Positions 7,058 through 12,473 of a stretch of 28,104 nt of DNA are shown here, one piece after another (positions within the stretch are counted from its first letter, which is position 1; each line of letters starts with the position of its first letter). The translations under genes and the position numbers were made by a program. Under the pieces are notes generated by a model. The model was not told the DNA's origin, searched no databases, and worked only from the letters and a program-made list of their open reading frames with translations. The DNA comes from a virus (taxonomy: Duplodnaviria; Caudoviricetes): IMG/VR virus record IMGVR_UViG_3300032219_001957, positions 1 to 28,104 of that record; one strand, 5' to 3'.

Positions 7058-7918
7058 ATGTATAAACTAATAAACTGCGCTATTTGCCATCGTGACTTTA
7101 ATGGTCAAATATCAGGCAGTCATCTAAAAACTCACGGCACAAATATTCGTGACTACGAACTAAAATACGGCCCAACACGCGACCCTCAACTTATAATCGA
7201 TACCAAGCTTGGTGGCAAGAAAGGAGGAGGCGGAAATCAAAAATCCATTGATGCCAGCAAAATCAAGAGCCAAAAACAACAAGAAAAATATCTATTAAAT
7301 CCAAAAATTTGTTTTACTTGTTCTGAATTGATCCCGTATAATAATCGGTATAATAAGTTTTGTTCTCATTCTTGTTCTGCTATATCTAATAATAGACAAC
7401 GAATTGAATCTGGCTGGACTTTGTCGCAAGAAAGTAGGGATAGCATTCGACACAAACTTTCGAAGCCATCGATCTTTTTTGGACCGTATAGCAGGATATC
7501 TACTAAAACTTGTAAATTTTGCAGAACCCAATTCATTACACCGACTACTAATCAACCTCAAGTATGTAAGAATTGCCAACATCTAAAATGGAATAATAAT
7601 AAAGATCAGTACTCATTTAGATTTAATATATTTAATTATCCTGATTTGTTCGATTTAGATAATTTAACCAAAATAGGATGGGTAGCATTTGGCGGGAAGC
7701 GAGGAGGAAAGAAAAATGTTAATGGGTTATCCCGTGATCATCGCGTCTCGGTAAATGAAGCAAAAAAATTCAATTATGATCCTCACTATATATCACATCC
7801 ACTAAATTGTGAACTAATGCCGCACCATCAAAATAATAAAAAGAAAACAAAATCATCACTATCTTACGAAGAACTAGTTAAATTAGTTGACGAATATGAT
7901 AATAGGGGTGACCACTGA
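7058..7918 (+). CDS. HNH-type homing endonuclease with Zn-binding motifs (ORF track start 6974)
   Basis: SRDHRVSV...ISHPLNCELMPHHQNNKK; CxxC motifs; ATG 7058 lies 5 nt after TAAATA. Confidence 0.8.
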   Translation: MYKLINCAICHRDFNGQISGSHLKTHGTNIRDYELKYGPTRDPQLIIDTKLGGKKGGGGNQKSIDASKIKSQKQQEKYLLNPKICFTCSELIPYNNRYNKFCSHSCSAISNNRQRIESGWTLSQESRDSIRHKLSKPSIFFGPYSRISTKTCKFCRTQFITPTTNQPQVCKNCQHLKWNNNKDQYSFRFNIFNYPDLFDLDNLTKIGWVAFGGKRGGKKNVNGLSRDHRVSVNEAKKFNYDPHYISHPLNCELMPHHQNNKKKTKSSLSYEELVKLVDEYDNRGDH

Positions 7919-7979
7919 GAAGTTTCACTCAGACTATAACTTTCACAGAGTTAGGTGCCTATTTTACACTATGATCACC
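7904..7979 (-). tRNA. tRNA-His(GTG)
   Basis: G-1 GTGATCA/TGGTCAC-C, loop CT GTG AA; atypical T-loop TGAAACTT; ends CCT rather than CCA. Confidence 0.85.
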
Positions 7980-8000
7980 CCTATTATCACATTGATCCAC

Positions 8001-8122
8001 GGGATACATTTTTTAGACGAATGCTCTACCCCTGAGCTACTATACAATATGTTTCCATATCATACAGGGTGGATTTGAACCACCGACCAACCGTTTTCAA
8101 AATATTTTGCTGTTAGTATCCC
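8001..8122 (-). ncRNA. YrlA/Y-RNA-like circularly permuted tRNA mimic
   Basis: Terminal stem GGGATAC/GTATCCC; order T-arm, acceptor stem closed by a GAAA loop, D-arm. Confidence 0.75.
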
Positions 8123-8128
8123 AAATTT

Positions 8129-8204
8129 TGGTCTGGGTAGCAGGATTTGAACCTAGACCTCTTGACTCCAGATCAAGAACGCTACCAAGTTACGCTATAG
8201 AGAG
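8129..8204 (-). tRNA. tRNA-Pro(TGG) with defective 5' acceptor strand
   Basis: D-arm GCGT-AACTTGGT-AGCG, loop TC TGG AG, 3' TACCCAG-A-CCA; 5' strand CTCTCTA is the end of the HNH ORF. Confidence 0.65.
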
Positions 8205-8656
8205 TTATTCTTTTTCCAAGATTCTATATATGAAAGAACCTTATCTTCAATTAATGATCGGTACTTACTATGCCAATATTGATGATGCGTTGGGCATAGC
8301 GGTATTAAATTTAATGAGTGATTATTTTTCTTGTTATGATCCATATGGTGGACTGCGACTATTTTATCTTCACCGCATACAACACATTTTCTTTCATGAT
8401 GTTCAAAGCAGGTTGTTTGGTATCTTTCTGGCTTCCAATTGCCGTGGTTTTCCCCTGTTCTGAACAATTTATTAGCGCAAGCGTGGGAACATGATCCTTT
8501 CGACTCTCGCCAATTAAAAATTGGATTATCGCATATTTTGCACAATCTAATATTATCAGGATGCAAATGGCAGACGGCATCATGTCTTGAAACACTGTGT
8601 GGGAAAATTAATTTCTCACAATGCTTGCATTTAATTTTTGATGATTGCAGTAACAT
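8195..8656 (-). CDS. HNH homing endonuclease
   Basis: CVVCG...VAVHHMDHNKKNNHSLNLIPLCPTHHQYWH; AGGAG RBS. Confidence 0.92.
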   Translation of the reverse strand: MLLQSSKIKCKHCEKLIFPHSVSRHDAVCHLHPDNIRLCKICDNPIFNWRESKGSCSHACANKLFRTGENHGNWKPERYQTTCFEHHERKCVVCGEDKIVAVHHMDHNKKNNHSLNLIPLCPTHHQYWHSKYRSLIEDKVLSYIESWKKNNSL

Positions 8657-8708
8657 AAATTATCTCCTGATTGTATTTATCACAAACGGAGAGATTTGAA
8701 CATCAATT

Positions 8709-8745
8709 CAAGCTGTGCCGTCTACCAAGTTGACAATATACCCAG
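8709..8745 (-). pseudogene. 5' half of a tRNA-Pro
   Basis: CTGGGTA-TAT-TGTC-AACTTGGTA-GACG-G-CACAG-CTTG then breaks; T-loop remnant GTTCAAATCTCTCC follows. Confidence 0.7.
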
Positions 8746-8846
8746 TTAATTCTTGACTGCCCGCCCCCAACCACGCTAGCAGCCTTGCTCAGCCTTGAAG
8801 TAGCTGTGCCCCTATAACTTTTGACGCCTTAGTGCGTCGATAGTTC

Positions 8847-9245
8847 TTACAAATCTAATGCTGTTAAAAGCTTTTTCATTACTAGAGTATTAGGATCACG
8901 AAACTTTTCAGTATCTTGAAACCCCAAAAGAACACCTGCTTGTGTTACTGCACCACTACGGTATATACCAGCCATGCAGTGTACTACAACATTCATTCTA
9001 TTGTCAAGTGCATGTACCAACAATCTAGCAATTTTTTCTGCTTGCTCATCATTGATTGGTGTAGCCCAAGACAATTGTTCTTCTACATCATCAAATTTAA
9101 ATCTATGTACTTCACGAAAATTACGCTTAGACCTAGGAAAATCAACTATAGGATCTACAATCTGTATAAGCATAGCGTTAGGTCCAGGCTCAAAATGATG
9201 ACCTGCTTGAATATCTTCAAACGAAACATTTTCAATCCAAGGCAT
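8847..9245 (-). CDS. protein-tyrosine/dual-specificity phosphatase family protein
   Basis: VVVHCMAGIYRSGAV = HCxxGxxRS P-loop; FDD acid loop. Confidence 0.88.
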   Translation of the reverse strand: MPWIENVSFEDIQAGHHFEPGPNAMLIQIVDPIVDFPRSKRNFREVHRFKFDDVEEQLSWATPINDEQAEKIARLLVHALDNRMNVVVHCMAGIYRSGAVTQAGVLLGFQDTEKFRDPNTLVMKKLLTALDL

Positions 9246-9264
9246 GATTTTGTCCTTAAAAATT

Positions 9265-9341
9265 TGGTAGAGACAGCCGGGATCGAACCGGCGACCTCGG
9301 GCTTATGAGACCCGCGTTACTTCCAACTGAACTATGTCTCC
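9265..9341 (-). tRNA. tRNA with CAT anticodon (elongator Met or Ile2)
   Basis: Cloverleaf, loop CT CAT AA, CCA; no C1:A72 initiator mismatch. Confidence 0.9.
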
Positions 9342-9375
9342 ATATTATACAACAGATAAAATGATTATTTGTCAA

Positions 9376-9452
9376 TGGTACCCTAGGGGAGATTTGAACT
9401 CCCAATTCCTACGTGCTCAACGTAGTGACTCTACCAATTCGTCCACTAGGGC
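9376..9452 (-). tRNA. tRNA-Leu(GAG) lacking the long variable arm
   Basis: CTACG-TT GAG CA-CGTAG, 5-nt variable loop, A73, CCA. Confidence 0.85.
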
Positions 9453-9459
9453 ATTAATT

Positions 9460-9550
9460 TGGCAGTGAGTGAGGGATTCGAACCCTCGCGCCGTATAATA
9501 CGACCATCATCTTTCCAGGATGCTCCCTTAAGCCTCTCGGGCAACTCACT
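9460..9550 (-). tRNA. tRNA-Ser(GGA)
   Basis: Type II cloverleaf, loop CT GGA AA, G73, CCA. Confidence 0.93.
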
Positions 9551-9551
9551 A

Positions 9552-9626
9552 TGGTGTTCAGTACTGGAATTGAACCAGTGACCTCTATCGTGTCAAGATA
9601 GCGTTCTTCCGCTGAACTAACCGAAC
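9552..9626 (-). tRNA. tRNA-Val(GAC)
   Basis: Cloverleaf, loop TT GAC AC, CCA. Confidence 0.93.
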
Positions 9627-9632
9627 AATCTA

Positions 9633-9706
9633 TGGTGCTCCCAGCTGGTAACGCTCCAGCTTCTCGGCTATACCAAAGCCGTGTAATTCTTTTATACTAT
9701 GAGAGC
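9633..9706 (-). tRNA. tRNA-Thr(GGT)
   Basis: Loop TT GGT AT; atypical T-loop AGCGTTA; CCA. Confidence 0.85.
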
Positions 9707-9712
9707 CAATAG

Positions 9713-9821
9713 TGGAGCAGCTAACTATCTACCTGAGTAGACCTTATTAGCGGGTCACAAATAAAGAAGTATGTAGGGGCTCAACTTTATCGTCTAGCTC
9801 AAAAATTTGCTGTTAGCATCC
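9713..9821 (-). ncRNA. putative ncRNA sharing the GGAT(A/G)CTAACAGCAAA 5' motif with 8001..8122
   Basis: 5' GGATGCTAACAGCAAA; 3' GTTAGCTGCTCCA can pair with it; no tRNA-like domain. Confidence 0.45.
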
Positions 9822-9827
9822 TTAAAC

Positions 9828-9907
9828 TGGCACGCCCGGAAGGCTTCGAACCTTCATGTATCCAGTTAACCTTTCAACTGGTTCGTAGCCAGAGGGTATA
9901 CAGACGC
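9828..9907 (-). tRNA. non-canonical tRNA-Arg(ACG), D-loop displaced 3' of the anticodon arm
   Basis: GCGTCTG/CGGGCGT-G-CCA; CTGG-CT ACG AA-CCAG; GGTTAACTGGATA before T-arm; same layout as 5909..5986. Confidence 0.75.
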
Positions 9908-10568
9908 TTTTAATTTTTTCATATATCTATAATGTACGCCACTATCATTTAGCCCTAGGTGAAATAAAGCGGGTCTAATTTTACCATCGAACAGTCTTAA
10001 CGCACTTATCTTTTCTTCGTCGGAGAAATACATTTTCTGTTTTTTCTGTCTAATAGGTCCAGCAGGTTTACAATTAGTACACCATTTCGCTTTATGTGAT
10101 TTAGTGTCGTCACTGCAAACTATACATTGGGTGGTTTTTTAGTTTCACTTATTTTTTTTACATATCTTCCCTTAACCCAGCCGGTAGGTATATCACAATC
10201 AGTGAATTTACCATTTTCAAGAGTTATTGGGTTAGTATACCATTTTTTACCAAAACTTCCGTTTTTTGCGCCCAGTCGTTGTTTAGCGACAAGACTGTTT
10301 CTTCGTCTCAACCAACCGTAAAGTTTGTTTGATTTTCTTCCGGCGCACATCATAATGGCAGCATAGACCAACCCTTTATGGTTTGGGTGTATTTTAACTA
10401 ACAACTGATGGCGATGTAATGTTCTTCTAATGTCAGTTTGACAATATTTTTTGGATCATTATCACCTCCCATACATCTTGGGATAATATGATGATTTTCA
10501 AATTCATCAATAGTTATTCTCTGCTGCGCCCTGTATATCAATTTATCATATATGGTTTTGTAGTTCAT
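9866..10568 (-). pseudogene. HNH homing endonuclease with two frameshifts (~10413 and ~10135)
   Basis: Frame 1 MNYKTIYDKLI...ENHHIIPRCMGGDNDPKNIVKLTLEEHYIA; frame 2 HQLLVKIHP...WYTNP...GWVKGR; frame 3 CIVC...KASVYPLATNQLKG ends inside the tRNA. Confidence 0.82.
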
Positions 10569-10602
10569 TAAGTATTTAACTTTTGCGAACTAGATATATA
10601 AA

Positions 10603-10641
10603 TTCGTAGCCAAGTACTCTGGTCCACTGAGTTACGGGCGT
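10603..10641 (-). pseudogene. 5' half of a canonical tRNA-Arg(ACG)
   Basis: ACGCCCG-TA-ACTC-AGTGGACCA-GAGT-A-CTTGG-CT ACG AA then breaks. Confidence 0.85.
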
Positions 10642-10647
10642 ATTATT

Positions 10648-10721
10648 TGGCAGGGGTATCAGGATTTGAACCTAAACTACTTCAGTCAAAGTGAAGGGTG
10701 CTGCCGTTACACTATACCCCA
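10648..10721 (-). tRNA. tRNA-Gln(TTG)
   Basis: Cloverleaf, loop CT TTG AC, CCA. Confidence 0.93.
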
Positions 10722-10814
10722 ATTGACACACTCTTACGAATGTGTGTAGTAAAGCATACCAAGTCTTAAAGTCCAACGATGATTTTACGACCAGCCTGAT
10801 ATGCTTTACTACTC

Positions 10815-10928
10815 TACCATTTTACCATCTATGTTAACGCCATAGACTTCTCATCCGGTAGGCCGCCCTCATTATAGCCCCATGTTTTAAGTGCGGGGCA
10901 GGATCGCGTTTCCCATACACACTCACTA
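10815..10928 (-). promoter_or_regulatory. structured leader motif, copy 2 (boxA-like loop)
   Basis: AGTGTGTATGGGAAACG and CCGCACTTAAAACATGG identical to copy 1; stem GCCCC/GGGGC versus GTCC/GGAC. Confidence 0.65.
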
Positions 10929-10931
10929 CAT

Positions 10932-10967
10932 AACAAAAAACCCTGAGACCTTTCGATTCTCAGGGTT
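10932..10967 (-). terminator. intrinsic terminator (attenuator) ahead of the tRNA array
   Basis: AACCCTGAGA-ATCGAAAGG-TCTCAGGGTT running into TTTTTTGTT. Confidence 0.85.
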
Positions 10968-11007
10968 AAGATAAAAGTGTATTTTTACATTTTACCTGTT
11001 CCCTGAG
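10960..11007 (-). promoter_or_regulatory. antiterminator hairpin mutually exclusive with the terminator
   Basis: CTCAGGG-AAC-AGGTAAAA-TGTA-AAAA-TACA-C-TTTTATCT-TAA-CCCTGAG, 19 pairs; sequesters the terminator 5' arm. Confidence 0.75.
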
Positions 11008-11123
11008 TGTCCTCTTTGGACATTATAACCTCGGATACTTGTGGGCATTACCTTCGCAAAGGATTGCCCGGCCGATAATGACCAAAGTTCCATATGCTGG
11101 GTAATAGTTGAAAAGTTATTCAT
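10992..11123 (-). CDS. putative attenuator leader peptide, 43 aa (not in ORF track)
   Basis: MNNFSTITQHMELWSLSAGQSFAKVMPTSIRGYNVQRGHSGNR; ATG 7 nt after TAAATA; stop codon inside the antiterminator 5' arm. Confidence 0.7.
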   Translation of the reverse strand: MNNFSTITQHMELWSLSAGQSFAKVMPTSIRGYNVQRGHSGNR

Positions 11124-11190
11124 AGTAAGTTATTTAGTCTAAAGTTAAAAAAATGATTAATTACTGCTGTTTTTTAATGATTTGAAGTGG

Positions 11191-11219
11191 ATTATACACG
11201 GGGATGATTATTTTGTCAA
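11191..11219 (-). promoter_or_regulatory. consensus sigma70 promoter upstream of the leader ORF
   Basis: TTGACA-N17-TATAAT. Confidence 0.85.
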
Positions 11220-11228
11220 ATATCAATT

Positions 11229-11807
11229 TTACCAATTCCTAGTTCCATCACCTGCTTTTACTAACCAACCTATTTTTAGTAAATCTTTTTTAATTTCATC
11301 GGTAACTATTCCTTCAGCAACCGAAGCCAATTTTTCTTTGTATGCTTGTTTTTGGTCCTCACGCAAGTCATCAAAAACAAACCCCTCATTTTCAGCACAA
11401 TCTACAATGCCCGAACAGTACCAATCCATATAGTCACCCTCTGATCTAATAGCAGCAACTATGCCTCCTGCACTACGCCATGTACATGACCAAATAATTT
11501 CTTGTAGTATTGGCCAAGGCTCATTTTTGATGAAATCATTGTTACAAAGTGCGGCATATAAATGTTGCGAGTATAGTTTATCTTTACATTTGTCTACTAT
11601 ATAAGCAGACATCCTCAAATCATATTCTAGATTATCAATGCCCCATTTAGAATTTTCGGAAGAGTATTCAACTGCCTTTTTATCATAATACTCGACCATG
11701 GCCTTAACATCATCACTGTTTTCAATGGTATTACCAAGAGCAGCCTGTCTAGCAAGATATTGCTCTTTTTCAGAATCAACCCTTTGGATACCTGATTTAA
11801 ATATCAT
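11229..11807 (-). CDS. hypothetical phage protein (ATG 11807 preferred over 11867)
   Basis: TAATG overlap with upstream stop; contains WSCTWRSAGGIVA..EGDYMDWYCSG. Confidence 0.8.
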   Translation of the reverse strand: MIFKSGIQRVDSEKEQYLARQAALGNTIENSDDVKAMVEYYDKKAVEYSSENSKWGIDNLEYDLRMSAYIVDKCKDKLYSQHLYAALCNNDFIKNEPWPILQEIIWSCTWRSAGGIVAAIRSEGDYMDWYCSGIVDCAENEGFVFDDLREDQKQAYKEKLASVAEGIVTDEIKKDLLKIGWLVKAGDGTRNW

Positions 11808-12412
11808 TACTTGCCCTTGGCGTAAAATACATGATTGCCAATTACTGCTACGCGCCGGTAACCCCAATTTGGAGCTACATTTACACTATGAAAGAATAAT
11901 GTATTTTTGGGTAGAATTTCTGCATGAGCGTCATATAATAAAACCTCTTGTGCTATTTTCAATGCTCTTTGGTAAACTTGGCTATTTTTATTTACCGCAG
12001 ATTTATTTTCGCACATGTAACTAAATTGACAAACTTTTACTTTAACTGTTTCGCCATCTGTATTGGTAATATTAACTATATTCGCTTGATTAACAACCGC
12101 ACACGGGGTATTACCAAATGAATGGTGCTTTACTCGATTCATGATAACTCTGGCGACTGCAATTTGGCCATGAATAATTTCTCCCCTGGCTTCATAATAG
12201 ATACCCTTAGCCAAACATTCTAGTTGTAGAGGATCTAATGTGGGCACGATGCTAGTTACCCGCAATTTAGGTTTAGCTAAAGGCGTAATTTGGATCGCTT
12301 GTGGGGTCCAAGTACTTTCTGGTTGATAAAAGTGGTTATTTCCACCAAACATGGCGATAACTGCTACTACAAAAATAGCAATCCATTTAGCATTAAATGC
12401 GTGTTTTTTCAT
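11807..12412 (-). CDS. SleB/CwlJ-like cell wall hydrolase (Hydrolase_2) with N-terminal signal/anchor
   Basis: CLAKGIYYEARGE..GQIAVARVIMNRV...CQFSY...IGNHVFY. Confidence 0.92.
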   Translation of the reverse strand: MKKHAFNAKWIAIFVVAVIAMFGGNNHFYQPESTWTPQAIQITPLAKPKLRVTSIVPTLDPLQLECLAKGIYYEARGEIIHGQIAVARVIMNRVKHHSFGNTPCAVVNQANIVNITNTDGETVKVKVCQFSYMCENKSAVNKNSQVYQRALKIAQEVLLYDAHAEILPKNTLFFHSVNVAPNWGYRRVAVIGNHVFYAKGK

Positions 12413-12435
12413 AATAGTCTCCTCTACAGTACAAT

Positions 12436-12464
12436 ATTATACTGTATATAATCATTTAAGTGAA
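12436..12464 (-). promoter_or_regulatory. sigma70-like promoter
   Basis: TTCACT-N17-TATAAT upstream of the hydrolase RBS AGGAG. Confidence 0.5.
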
Positions 12465-12473
12465 ATTAATTGG

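Noticed and set aside
8750-8846. GC-rich spacer with a GACGC/GCGTC hairpin
   Set aside because: No tRNA ends or recognisable motif; cannot support an ncRNA call.
1743-10568. Endonuclease genes as ORFs inside self-splicing tRNA introns
   Set aside because: No group I or II core motifs flank them, and the flanking tRNA pieces do not join into clean tRNAs; only 2899..3107 has an intron core.
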